Positions 13,075-26,400 of a stretch of DNA of 64,000 nt are shown here, one piece after another. The notes under the pieces are model-generated. The model was not told the origin of the DNA. It was given only the letters and a program-made list of their open reading frames with translations, and searched no databases. The stretch is from Octopus bimaculoides. Taxonomy: Eukaryota. Within the stretch, counting starts at the first letter, position 1, and the number at the start of each line of letters is the position of its first letter. Where the stretch lies: the NCBI RefSeq assembly GCF_001194135.2, contig NC_068981.1, forward strand, positions 12,992,195 through 13,056,194, written 5' to 3'. A program made the translations under genes and the position numbers.

Positions 13075-13282
13075 GTCTAGGCACAATGTGCGAAATTTTG
13101 GAGGACGCGCCCAGTTTATTAAATCGACTCCAGAATGCAACTGGTACTTAATTTATCGACTTCAAATGGATGAAAGGCAAAGGCGATTTCGATGGAATTT
13201 GAACTCAGAACGTAATGACAGACGAATTACCGCTAAGAATTTCGCCCGGCGTTCTAATTTGTTTACTTGCTCGCCGCCTTTA
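13075..13282 (-). mobile_element. SINE fragment (family shared with 37550 and 49470)
   Basis: caactggtacttaatttatcgac...gatgaaaggcaaag...ggaatttgaactcagaacg. The ggaatttgaactc segment is a reversed B-box. Confidence 0.75.
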
Positions 13283-14784
13283 TTCCTCAGAAATATTGGA
13301 ATGCAAAGTCATAGGAAATGGAAATGTCAAACATAGAGATTATGAAACCTTTGAAATTTCTCTGGCAACAAGGTGTCATCTCTTTCTACTGATACATACA
13401 TACATATCCTAAAAATGCATTCATATATACATACATACGTATCCTATACATACATATATATNNNNNNNNNNNNNNNNNNNNNNNNNNNNNNNNNNNNNNN
13501 NNNNNNNNNNNNNNNNNNNNNNNNNNNNNNNNNNNNNNNNNNNNNNNNNNNNNNNNNNNNNNNNNNNNNNNNNNNNNNNNNNNNNNNNNNNNNNNNNNNN
13601 NNNNNNNNNNNNNNNNNNNNNNNNNNNNNNNNNNNNNNNNNNNNNNNNNNNNNNNNNNNNNNNNNNNNNNNNNNNNNNNNNNNNNNNNNNNNNNNNNNNN
13701 NNNNNNNNNNNNNNATGTATGTATGTATATATACATACATACACACATGCATATGTGCTTGTGTGTTTGTGTGCGGTCGCCTGCGTGTATGTGTGTGTGT
13801 GTTGTTTTGTGTATGCGTGAGTGTTACATACAAGCAACTTTGTATTAGTGGATTCAATCTGATATAACTTTATGAAATTTTCAAAAGAGTATATTCAGTT
13901 CCCCAAGTTTCGTACATAATGTATATTTTAGCTCATGAAATGGAATCTCAGGTATTTGTGGAATGTGAAACAAGTATCTGGCCTCAGATGGTAGCCACAG
14001 CGTTAGTAGGAAATCAATTGAAATGGTAAATTTCAGTCACATTTTTGGAATAGTATTAACAACAAATATAAAATTAGCGAAGAGAAATCTCCAAGGACCG
14101 CAGCAAATTCAGTATTAAATATTCTGTTCAGTGACATGGTGAGTTGCTTTAATTGTGCGCTGTTGGTGAGTAACAAATCTATTGCGTTAATATTGTAGGT
14201 TGCACATCGTATTTTATTTCGCGCATCAAGCAGTTTTCATATGCAGTAGGACGTATTGCAATATCCCACTGCATTTCTGCCACATAGTTAAATTAGAAGG
14301 CAGAACGGGCAGAATGCTTTGTGAACATAGTTCATTTGTAGTTAATTTGAAACTACTTATAATTATTGTTTTTCCATTAACTACAATATTTATTTGCAAC
14401 GGATGTTCTATAAATGCTAGGAAATCATTTCTATCAACAGCGACAGGTGTTATCAAATAGCGAGTTACCAAATAACCTGAATCGACACGGTCAATGTGAA
14501 TATCATAATCTATTGATCTTTAACAATGATACTAATCTAGAGGCTGATCCCTGCACGTTTAATCGTAAGATCATAACATTTCTGAGGTATCTTCGTCTTT
14601 GGAAGTAATTTTAATGTAAATTTCAGTCAAACTATTTATAGGACTGTTCTACTTACAGAAATGATGTGAAAGGTATTTTCCATTTGAAGATTTGTAACCC
14701 CCACCTCTCCCTATCACTCACTCTCTCTGTCTATCTATCTATCTATAAATGGATATATAATTTATGTATATATCTATATATGTG

Positions 14785-14823
<39 letters not shown>

Positions 14824-14899
14824 TATATNNNNNNNNNNTAGATGAAATATTGAGTGTTCAATATAAAGGATTAAATATATAAAGGCGAATACGTATTTT

Positions 14900-15104
14900 C
14901 TATACCTTGTGGTATTTCATCATGGCCGGTATGACAGACTTTAACAGACTGACCAAGGGGCCCTTCCCGGGACCCCGAGACAACCAGTTTATCGGCGCCT
15001 GGCTGCCGTATGACTATGTTGTTTTGTTGTAGCATTCATGTTCTTTCGGCATTTCTCCGTGACACTGAGACGGCAACCCAGACGGACTGCTAGCACACCC
15101 AACC

Positions 15105-15107
<3 letters not shown>
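14900..15107 (+). repeat. Unclassified repeat with a degenerate hammerhead-like motif
   Basis: CTGACCA-aGGGGCCC-ttccc-GGGACCCC-GAGAC-aacca-GTT at 14949-14989. There are two core deviations and stem I is not evident. Confidence 0.35.
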
Positions 15108-15142
<35 letters not shown>

Positions 15143-16123
15143 NNNNNNNNNNNNNNNNNNNNNNNNNNNNNNNNNNNNNNNNNNNNNNNNNNNNNNNNNN
15201 NNNNNNNNNNNNNNNNNNNNNNNNNNNNNNNNNNNNNNNNNNNNNNNNNNNNNNNNNNNNNNNNNNNNNNNNNNNNNNNNNNNNNNNNNNNNNNNNNNNN
15301 NNNNNNNNNNNNNNNNNNNNNNNNNNNNNNNNNNNNNNNNNNNNNNNNNNNNNNNNNNNNNNNNNNNNNNNNNNNNNNNNNNNNNNNNNNNNNNNNNNNN
15401 NNNNNNNNNNNNNNNNNNNNNNNNNNNNNNNNNNNNNNNNNNNNNNNNNNNNNNNNNNNNNNNNNNNNNNNNNNNNNNNNNNNNNNNNNNNNNNNNNNNN
15501 NNNNNNNNNNNNNNNNNNNNNNNNNNNNNNNNNNNNNNNNNNNNNNNNNNNNNNNNNNNNNNNNNNNNNNNNNNNNNNNNNNNNNNNNNNNNNNNNNNNN
15601 NNNNNNNNNNNNNNNNNNNNNNNNNNNNNNNNNNNNNNNNNNNNNNNNNNNNNNNNNNNNNNNNNNNNNNNNNNNNNNNNNNNNNNNNNNNNNNNNNNNN
15701 NNNNNNNNNNNNNNNNNNNNNNNNNNNNNNNNNNNNNNNNNNNNNNNNNNNNNNNNNNNNNNNNNNNNNNNNNNNNNNNNNNNNNNNNNNNNNNNNNNNN
15801 NNNNNNNNNNNNNNNNNNNNNNNNNNNNNNNNNNNNNNNNNNNNNNNNNNNNNNNNNNNNNNNNNNNNNNNNNNNNNNNNNNNNNNNNNNNNNNNNNNNN
15901 NNNNNNNNNNNNNNNNNNNNNNNNNNNNNNNNNNNNNNNNNNCATACATACGTACGCACGCACCTGTACACACATGCAAACACAGACCGACACATACAGA
16001 CACGCCCATACACATATATATATAATATATATTTAAATATTATATATTATATATATATATTATGTATAATATATATAATACACTATATGTAGGAATGTAT
16101 ATGATATATGTATAATATACACA

Positions 16124-16161
<38 letters not shown>

Positions 16162-16177
16162 TATATGAATATATCAT

Positions 16178-16440
16178 GTGGAGGCGCGTGGCTTAGTGGT
16201 TCGCGTATCAGCATCATGATCCCAAGGTTGTGGTTTCGATTCCTGGACCGGGCGATGCGTTGTGTTCTTGAGTAAGACACTTCATTTCACGTTGCTCCAG
16301 TCCACTCAGCTGGCAAACATGAGTAACGCTGCGATGGACTGGCGTTCCATCCAGCTGGGGAACGCATACGCCATTGAACCCGGGAAACCGGGCCAATGAG
16401 TCTGGCTAGGCTTTAGAAAGGGCGCATTTATTATTATTTT
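16178..16440 (+). mobile_element. Near full-length tRNA-derived SINE with CORE-like central domain
   Basis: A-box TGGCTTAGTGG (16189-16199) and B-box GGTTTCGATTCC (16232-16243). Central ttgtgttcttgagtaagacacttcatttcacgttgctccagtcc is followed by a tta-repeat tail. Confidence 0.85.
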
Positions 16441-19093
16441 TTTTATGTACATATCATGCCAAATGAAATCAAGTGTGAAAAGAATAAAAAAAAGCGTTCA
16501 AGTTGAAGTGTAGGGTGTCCATTTAACGCTTAATGGGAGTGATCTTCATGTTTTTAGCATTTCTACAGTCATTTCTTTTTCCGAAGAAATGGAAATTGAC
16601 GTGAAAGATATGTGCATAGAAAACAAGCCGTCAGTTGCGTTTACCTAGATGATTTATTTAGTTCTAGGGTTATATGTGCAGGGCTGGTTTCGTGCCTAAG
16701 ATGGGTGCATATTAAAATTAAATTGAATTTTAGGTGTGTAAAGGTGAAGTAAATACCCGCGCCCGGGCGTATGTTGTGGATCAGTGTATGTGCATTAAGC
16801 AGTGTGAACGTGTGTTTGTGCGTTTGAAAATATCTGCCTGTTTTTGGGGGAAACTGTTGTTCACTGTGTCTGTGTATACGATGCAAATTATGTGCTGGGT
16901 ATGTGTTTTCGTAATTCAAATATTTGTTTCGTGTTCCATTTATACAATTTTTTTTTCCTTTCACAATTAGTGAGCCTGCATTTGGCGGTGAGGGGCGTAG
17001 CGTTTTGGCTAGGTGAGTGTTTAAACATGTATATAACGAGAAATCCCGTGGTTAATTAGTGAAAGCGAGATGACAACTTGCTTGGCACGCTTAATATGCC
17101 TGAAGCTAGGATTGGACACAGAAACGTGCAGCTGTTAAGCGGAAGGCTTTACCACAATGCTTTAGAGAATGTTTCACAATTGTTTTGTTCAGTCAAATAC
17201 AGATTTCAATTTAATGTAAGGAAACGCCATAGAAATTGTGAATTTCTTTGTTTTCGCTTTACACCTATGATCAGCTTTGTTCCCAACAGCATATCTCAAA
17301 ATTATTTCTTGCTCTGACGCCGTATTTAATTCAAAAATAGTGACCCTGAGTTTACATTATACCATAAAGCTTTATTTCGTTTCAACGGAGAATGGATGTG
17401 ATAGAGACATTTACTTGATGTTATTTGTAACTGGATTAATGACGTTTCTTTCGTCAGTTCGATGCCTCTGATTCTATGTTTAATAATAAATCGTTCTATT
17501 TTTATCGAATGGTAAGCATTGACATCAATCTTCCACCTGAACATTACTCTCTAGGACCTGTTCAAGGGACAATAATTATTTTAAAAAAACAGCAATAATA
17601 AATGCATTCACCTTGTCAAAATATACATTTGAATTTACACTTCTCTTTATTAAATTACTTCTTTTTTATAACTAATAGCTTCGACATTTAATGTAGATTT
17701 AATATTCCGAAGTAAACTCTAAGCTTTTGCTAATCCGATAATACGTCAAAGAAACAAGTGAGTGCAGCTCACCAAATGTCTATGGAAATATAATCTTTCT
17801 GGTACTGATCGCTTGGCTGCAGATATATCTTATGTAGAAATAAAATTTCATGTTATAACCTCTAACATCTCTATTTTCAAATATCGTCTTAGATTTCAAT
17901 TTTATTGACAAATTATTTGTAATTTGAACAAAACATTTGAATTAATAAACGATTGCTGGTATACACATTGCTTTATTTTGATGAGTTTCCACTTCGCTGT
18001 TTGGTGAATGTAACTTATTTTCGACAAAAACATTTCGTTATACTTCGACAACCAGTCATATTATTCAAACAAACACTATATTAGAATGTAATAAAACAAA
18101 GTATAATAAAAGTAATTATCTTTAAAAAAATTATTCATCGATTAAGATTTTCAAATAATCTAGTATTTAAATTTTCGAAGGTACAATTTTAAATCAAAAT
18201 GAAGCAAGTGAAAATGAAAAACAAAAAGAAAACAGAGTAAAGTGATCAAAGAAAATAAATAATATAAAATAAAAACATTGAATTTATCTGCAGATGAGAG
18301 ATTATTGAAGAAAGAAATTGTTTACAAGCGGACAAATTTAAATCACTTTCGTCCTGTATCATTCATACAATTTGATATTTCGATAATGAAATATTGACAA
18401 TGAGGTTATAATATAGTTAAATTGTAGAAGCAAATAAAATGCGATAAAATAAACAAAATTTCGTTAAAATAATAAAGTACTAAGACTTTCAATTATACGT
18501 ATATTACGTTTGTAATTCGAGAGTACTGATAGTCTTGAAATATAACAGAACCACAATTGCTTTAAACATTTGAAACGCTTTGGTCCATTTATACGCTTTT
18601 AAATGTGAATGATAAATACATCTTCGTAGCTGTTCGTGAGTTCCGGAAAATATTCACTAAAGTATGAATAATTATTTCGCCAATTGTTTATCAAACAGAA
18701 CAGCTTTTAATTATTTGAGTACTTAGTATAAATCAAGTGAAATCTAATATAATACTGAAAAAGATAAAAGAAACCGAATACATTAAAATAGTGTTGAATT
18801 ATAAGATTTCAAGCAAACACAAGATTTTAAAGTGGGTGGATTGAACTATTGTTGCCAAGTAAAAATAAGAACAATAAGAGTTGTGTAAATTAAGTGTGAA
18901 AATGAAATTATATAAGACGAGAGCAAAATTAATTTATAAACAAAATTAGATAACTAAGCTATGATAAAATGTCGAGATACTGCGGGCGTGAACATCTGGT
19001 TAGTGTGCTATCTTTGTAATGACGTGGTTTCGTGTTTATCTACACGACACCTATATACGTGGCTGAGGACTGAGTGAGAAGAAACAAACGGAT

Positions 19094-19096
<3 letters not shown>

Positions 19097-19146
<50 letters not shown>
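19097..19146. repeat. (GA)n microsatellite
   Basis: Read directly from the sequence. Confidence 0.95.
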
Positions 19147-19150
<4 letters not shown>

Positions 19151-20222
19151 GAGAGTGACAGAGACAGAGACAGATAGGCAGGCTGACATAGGCATAGAAA
19201 GGCAAAGAGACAGAGTGACGTGTCAATGCGTGTGGGCAAACTTGACGTTCGTATTCGTCCCTTCTTAACAAACAATCTCTCTCTACCGACGTCCCTGGAA
19301 GTTGGTTCTTGGATCTCGATTGAAGAATTTTCAAATTGAATAAGTGTCTGGATCGATTTTCTCAAATGAATAACTTTCAAGTCATTGATTCAACATGGCC
19401 GAAGTTCAATGGAATAAGCAATAAAAGAATTGAACTATGAAATATTTTGATAGTGTGTAGTGTAGGAGGTTACGGCATTAAAAAACAGTGATAATTCCTT
19501 TACTCAGAATCACAGAGATTAAAACGCTTCAAATACTTAGGTGATTAAAACAGTTTAATATAACAAGGCGAAATGACAATCGAGTGACAAGCTCAGTAGA
19601 GTGGGCCCTTAGAGAATATTGTTTGATATCTTTCAACTACGCAAATTTCAGATACTATATTACAGCATGTGTGAGATTCAACAACACAGAACATACTTCA
19701 TATGACGTCACGTATCGTATGGTCTTGATTAAGAATCCAAAGAAAAACTCAATGATTTGTGTCCGTGCAACCTCTTTGCAGCGAATGTTGCAAGCTGCTT
19801 AACTAATATTGATCGATCAAATCATAGGCGTTAACGAGCACCTCTATCTTCTTAGTGAATAGCCGCTGTACTCTATACGTATTTCTAAAGAAATTGCTTA
19901 TATATCCTCAATACAATCTAACAATGTCTCTTAATCAGAAAAGAAGTTTTACGTCTTTTCAAATTCAATTTTCAACGAACACACACGCACGCACATATAT
20001 ATAATTATTTATATANNNNNNNNNNNNNNNNNNNNNNNNNNNNNNNNNNNNNNNNNNNNNNNNNNNNNNNNNNNNNNNNNNNNNNNNNNNNNNNNNNNNN
20101 NNNNNNNNNNNNNNNNNNNNNNNNNNNNNNNNNNNNNNNNNNNNNNNNNNNNNNNNNNNNNNNNNNNNNNNNNNNNNNNNNNNNNNNNNNNNNNNNNNNN
20201 NNNNNNNNNNNNNNNNNNNNNN

Positions 20223-20280
<58 letters not shown>

Positions 20281-21399
20281 TAGTATATATATTATTTTAT
20301 AAACTTCATTAGCATACGTCTGTTTCCACTCTGAAGTATGATGTATTTCAAGCGTGTAGCTCTGATTTAAGTAAAAAGTGTTCCTTAGGGACTCAACTAT
20401 GAACCTACCGCACAGAATAGTGGAAAAAAGTTGTAAGCTAAAGTTGCTTACATCGTATAACGCTTCGTTCAGAAGAATACATATAATGAGTGATATGTTC
20501 CAGTGAAAATGATCATAGAAATCATCGTGTTTTTCCTAAATATTTCGGGTGCTTATGCAATGTCAAGAAGGCATAGAAGCACTATCTTCACTATCACATT
20601 TATCTCATTAGATGAGAGGAAACGGGGTTTCACCAGTACCTACCTAGGATATATGTCCACGTGCGTAAAGTGCCGAAAAACTGACATGAAACGTATTACC
20701 GATGGACACAACACACTGACATTGCCAGGCATGGAATCGAAAACCGTAAGATCATGAGCGTGATGCTCATTTATCAATTCCTAATTCATTTAGTTCTGCT
20801 TGTATGTGCACACACAGACACACACACACAAACATACGCATACAACCACACACACACACACATGCAACTTGCATTTAATGCCATTATTGCAAAACTGTGA
20901 ATATACGAATAAATATGCATATATATGCGTATGTGCGTATGTACGTGTATATATATATATTTATTTATTTATTTATTTATGTGTTTCAGCCAAGNNNNNN
21001 NNNNNNNNNNNNNNNNNNNNNNNNNNNNNNNNNNNNNNNNNNNNNNNNNNNNNNNNNNNNNNNNNNNNNNNNNNNNNNNNNNNNNNNNNNNNNNGTGGTT
21101 CTTCTAAAGGCGTAAATCCCTCTAAAGCCAAGCAATTATAGAGCCTCTACGTGAATGCCCAGCTTTCAACAAGTAGTAATAAAATTTAAATCCAATAAGA
21201 GTATACCTTCTTCAACAAGTAACACATTTGAGGATGCGATTTTAAATAAATTGTAAAACAATGGTCAGCTTGTCACAGATCATAGGTCATCTCGACAAGT
21301 CCGGTTCAGTGCCCACAAAGCAAATGCACTCTGAACGAGCAAAACTGTGTTTCATTTAATTCTGTACCAGAACATTTGTTTTCTTATTTGTGTACAGGC

Positions 21400-21510
21400 A
21401 GCTGCGGCAACAAGTTTACTTGTAAACCACATGGTTCCGAGTTCAGAACTAACATCGTGGAGCTTTTGGCAAGTGCCTTGTTCTATGGCCACGGGCTGTT
21501 CAAATCATAT
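21400..21510 (+). mobile_element. SINE 5' fragment
   Basis: aaccacatggttccgagttcag (B-box-like), then cgtggagcttttggcaagtgccttgttctatggcc. Confidence 0.6.
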
Positions 21511-22255
21511 TTAACCTTAACTTACAAGATTTTCTCTATATTGCAAGTTGTGGCTGAAAAACAACCTCAGACTCAGATATATTCTCATTTATAAGAAAGC
21601 CCGAATACTATTTCATCTTGTCTTCAATGAAAATACCTGAATGCTGCACGTTGCTGTAATTCAGCGGAGTTTAGTTACACATATTTGCTGTAGAAATGCT
21701 TGTGTGTAATGACATATATCTTTACACGTCTATACATATATAAATACATCCAAACAATCATGCTACGTAGATAAACACTAAAATATGAATGTTTGTGTAT
21801 GTCACTCAGTGAGGGACTCTTAACATTATAGAAAACTGGGATCATTATTTTTGTTCAAGAGAGAGACAAAGGTTTTGACCGTGTTTGGCATGGGAATCTT
21901 CGCACAAATCTTACTTTGTACCTGTTTCAACATTCTCTAAACCGTGTTCCTTGAAGATGACTAGTTTCTAATTCACACATTCAAGCACAACCAATCTAAA
22001 TTTCCCTCGAAATCTTGTCAATTTTGTTGCAGAGCATTTCACCAGACTGCCACAAACTAAACATGCTAAATTGTTCCTCACCTAAACGTCTGTTTCTGCA
22101 AAATGCTGCGTGTCCGTGAGATTCGTGCGGGTGTTGTTCTACAACATAAACAGCTACGTAAAGCCACGAATCGTATGAGAATCATAAAATGTAAACCCTG
22201 CGCACTCTATAATTATATGTGTGTGAATGTGTATACATATTTATACGCATATATA

Positions 22256-22297
<42 letters not shown>

Positions 22298-22304
22298 ATA
22301 CAGA

Positions 22305-22450
22305 ATGGGACAAGAACGCAAAACATCCAGATAGACGATACAAAGAGAACAAGGACAGGTCATTCGGAGTTTTCTTTCATCAGTCGAGATTCAGATTATC
22401 CTTGCAATTTCGAATGGTTATTCTCAATATTGCTAGCGAAAGCGACACCT
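22305..22450 (+). repeat. Unclassified interspersed repeat, inverted copy of 11655-11820
   Basis: Direct by-eye alignment with the reverse complement of 11655-11820. Confidence 0.8.
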
Positions 22451-22814
22451 TTCGATATATTAAAAATGATATNNNNNNNNNNNNNNNNNNNNNNNNNNNN
22501 NNNNNNNNNNNNNNNNNNNNNNNNNNNNNNNNNNNNNNNNNNNNNNNNNNNNNNNNNNNNNNNNNNNNNNNNNNNNNNNNNNNNNNNNNNNNNNNNNNNN
22601 NNNNNNNNNNNNNNNNNNNNNNNNNNNNNNNNNNNNNNNNNNNNNNNNNNNNNNNNNNNNNNNNNNNNNNNNNNNNNNNNNNNNNNNNNNNNNNNNNNNN
22701 NNNNNNNNNNNNNNNNNNNNNNNNNNNNNNNNNNNNNNNNNNNNNNNNNNNNNNNNNNNNNNNNNNNNNNNNNNNTATATATATATATATACGTAGATAG
22801 ATAGATAGATAGAT

Positions 22815-22845
<31 letters not shown>

Positions 22846-23453
22846 GGAAGAACTAATTGAACTTAAACAATGGCAGAGAAAACATCGAAAACAATGTTAT
22901 GGGAAGGTACCATCTAATTGCAACAACATTCGTCTACGACTAACATCAGTAAGCGAGACTGCGAACACGTGTTGCTGTAATTTCTCAGTTGTACATTTCC
23001 CCAAACGCACTATAGAACGTTTCGCAATGTTTTTCGCCAGAGAATTTTAGAATGAAATTCGATGTTGCTTTCAGTAACACATTAGAGTAGACAATCCAGC
23101 TGTACAATTCCTCAAAGAAAACAGAAAATATTCAAACATTACATGACCTAGAAATCTTCCTAACATTCGTGAATCTGAAAGTAAACATTGAGTGTTTTAG
23201 ATATTCTCACTGAAAAAGTTTAAGACCAAATGTTTTACTTCGAATAGTGCAGTTCTGGGGGNNNNNNNNNNNNNNNNNNNNNNNNNNNNNNNNNNNNNNN
23301 NNNNNNNNNNNNNNNNNNNNNNNNNNNNNNNNNNNNNNNNNNNNNNNNNNNNNNNNNNNNNNNNNNNNNNNNNNNNNNNNNNNNNNNNNNNNNNNNNNNN
23401 NNNNNNNNNNNNNNNNNNNNNNNNNNNATATATATATATATATATATATAAAG

Positions 23454-23706
23454 AATAAAAAAGTTTTGAATGGTTTAACAATGCACCATAATACAAAAGA
23501 TGGACTATATATCTGTTGTAATTTAGTTATCCATAGTACGATGATATTACGGAATACAATTCCTTCTTCAGATATTCTAAGAATATCTGAAATATCTAAG
23601 AATATCCGAAATATCATCGGACTATGGATAAATAAATTACAACAGGTATATAGTCTATTTTTTTTGTATTAGAATGCATTGATGTACCATTCAAAACTTT
23701 TTTATT
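23454..23706. repeat. Fold-back inverted repeat with nested hairpin (MITE-like)
   Basis: Arms 23454-23556 and 23603-23706 (~103 nt each). An inner perfect 12-bp stem ttcagatattct/agaatatctgaa spans 23567-23591. Confidence 0.95.
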
Positions 23707-23743
23707 GTTTACAAACAGTACACAATGCTTCAAGCGAACTACA

Positions 23744-23808
<65 letters not shown>

Positions 23809-23820
23809 TANNNNNNNNNN

Positions 23821-23853
<33 letters not shown>

Positions 23854-25149
23854 CATATACATACATACACGCATCCATCCATACATACATATCGAATTAT
23901 TCAGTCTTTTTATGAGTGGATGTGAACAAAGATCGTGTTGCATTTTCTATAGTAAAGTTTTGAAGGCGTACCGCTGTCTGCTCTACGCTGATTACGCATA
24001 CGATCGACTTAATAATCTACTGTTTTAGAATGAGAGCTAGAAAGAAGAAAGGTCACTTGCAAGTTAGCATCAGTTATCCGTTGTCTGTTAATAGCCACAA
24101 ATTAAGACGTAAAAATAATTACTATCATTATAACAAAAGGTCATTGATTTCTTTGAAGTAACACTATTATATTATCTTTCATACTTCAAAACGCTTTTTT
24201 TCAACAACTCGTACATGAAAGTAATCTTTTTTCCACACAGACTATTAACGGAAGAACCATACTTATCGTAAAAAGGATATGTTCCTACAAACAATCACTG
24301 AATAATTATCAGTTTTGGATCAATAATATTTTAGAATGATCACATAAGCAGTGCCATAAAATATTATACGCGAAAATTATCTCCATTCCAAACATTGCGT
24401 TTGTTTTTGTATTGAAGAAGAATCATTCTGATTCAGATCCCATCTAAATATTTGCTAGCTTTTAATGTAAGCCAGCTAACCCGGCTGAAAACGAATATAA
24501 CAAAATACATTTCTACGAAAACATATTTTATATGCGTTATATAGTTACCATTTATTTTACGAATCGATACGTATTTCTGTAAGCACAGCAGGGAGACGGA
24601 ATGTCAATGCGTGTCAAAGCAAACACGAGATTCAGTAATCAGTATTTCGAAGCTTTTTCATAACTAAGTTTTCCGATTAATTCAGTTCAGTTCCATCTTG
24701 CTGTAATTATTAGCTCATATAATCATTTCATCGCTATGCATTAGAGAGAGAGTTCCATACATATATACATACATACATGCATACATACATACATACATAC
24801 ATACATACATACAAAAAAAAAATCTCTACCTGCACTGACTCCAAATAATGCACGCATACACACATACACACATATACAAAAATAGTCTGTTGATGTTGGA
24901 ATTCCAATGAAGGAGCCTTGGATCTAAATTAGAAACTGTCTCCTTATTGGCAAGAAATATTCAAATAAATCCGACAAATGACATTTATGCATACATATAC
25001 CCACACTCACAAAACGCTGGATGACGTTTCAGCATATCACAAGCTACAGAGACTCGGCAGAGTTAGAAAACTGGTGAGTGTTTATATAACTTCTTAAAAG
25101 ACAGAAGTCAGACAGTATCAGCGAATGGATCTCTCTACATGGAGACATT

Positions 25150-25345
25150 AATAGCGAGTTTAGTGACTCAGGGAACTATCTTTGTACAGCTGCTGTTAGT
25201 GGTGGTTGTCGCAGGCATGCCGTCTGTTACGCAGGCAACCACTCTTAATGGATATGTTGACGATACAAAAGTAGTACAAGAAGTCAGGTATTCTCTCGAT
25301 GTTATCTTCTACAGAAAGACTGGGTTATCGTTTAGCAATGGGTAA
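25150..25345 (+). mobile_element. CR1-type LINE RT fragment
   Basis: VTQGTIFVQLLL...MPSVTQATTLNGYVDDTK, corresponding to the PQG and YADD motifs. Confidence 0.7.
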
Positions 25346-25359
25346 CAGGAAATTCTAAG

Positions 25360-25640
25360 GCTTCCTCTATTTGCTAATTTCTGCTGTGAGCACACCAGGT
25401 GTAACAGATATGCCAGAGGGACATGTTGATTTCGAAAACATCAGATTTCTTTTCCTTGATGTTTGCATGCCCCACCAATCTATATGTTATTGACTGAAGA
25501 CATCAGTATAAATGATAGATCCTTTTTTGATTTTAATTATTTGTGTTCACTTATTTAATCAACTGAGTGGAAAACTCTTTGAATTTACATGGCAACTAGT
25601 CGAACATTCCAGATGGGTTTTTTTTTCTTGTATTTGTTCC
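25360..25640 (-). mobile_element. Possible Merlin/IS1595-like transposase relic
   Basis: IKKGSIIYTDVFSQ resembles the I.PGS.I.SD.W..Y motif. The rest is heavily disrupted. Confidence 0.25.
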
Positions 25641-25964
25641 GTTATTGGACAGCGGCCATNNNNNNNNNNNNNNNNNNNNNNNNNNNNNNNNNNNNNNNNN
25701 NNNNNNNNNNNNNNNNNNNNNNNNNNNNNNNNNNNNNNNNNNNNNNNNNNNNNNNNNNNNNNNNNNNNNNNNNNNNNNNNNNNNNNNNNNNNNNNNNNNN
25801 NNNNNNNNNNNNNNNNNNNNNNNNNNNNNNNNNNNNNNNNNNNNNNNNNNNNNNNNNNTATATATATATATATATATATATATACGTACATATATGTATA
25901 ATAATAATTGGCCCTATTCGTCTATGCAGACGGTCAATTTAGCTTAGAGGTAATTTAATCGAAC

Positions 25965-26400
25965 ATAACAGGGGATCCTTTTCTTGCAGGCAGCTTCTTT
26001 CATGGCTGATTCTTCCTATGATTGAAGCGAAGCTTCTGTCACAGTACTTGCATACCAAGACGGTGTCTCGGCACTCTCCATATCTTACTGAAAAAGTGTC
26101 CGATGTGTTACTGCTTCATGATTACAATTCAACTTCCAGTTTCCTTGTGTTGTTTGAGATCCATCAGTTCAGAAACTTAGTGTGTGACGGTCTTCGCTCT
26201 TGCCAGCGAGTTATTGACATTGGAAAGGTTGACTATTAATGTATTTTCCAGTGATAAGTAATACATTCTCGCATTATTTATGTCGTTAATCCAGGAAGAC
26301 ATCGCATAATTCTAAGTTTAAATTCTACCGAACACTTCTCCCGATGTTCTCAGTTACTTAGTCCCCGATTGATCTTATATTATCAACAAAATTATTGCAA
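25965..26400 (-). mobile_element. RTE-clade LINE 3' relic
   Basis: The minus strand reads CKYCDRSFASIIGRISHERSC, an RTE-like C-terminal zinc-finger motif. Confidence 0.7.

Noticed and set aside
16178-16250. tRNA-like A/B boxes here and at 1034, 21400 and 51895
   Set aside because: These are SINE heads continuing into SINE bodies, with no complete cloverleaf. Not called as tRNA genes.
17326-17550. Minus-strand ORF RVMFRWKID... resembling a MATH or Ig strand
   Set aside because: The same sequence fits two unrelated folds equally well, which indicates over-fitting by eye.
19221-24614. Shared 13-mer tgtcaatgcgtgt at 19221 and 24602
   Set aside because: 13-mer matches are expected by chance in a window of this size.
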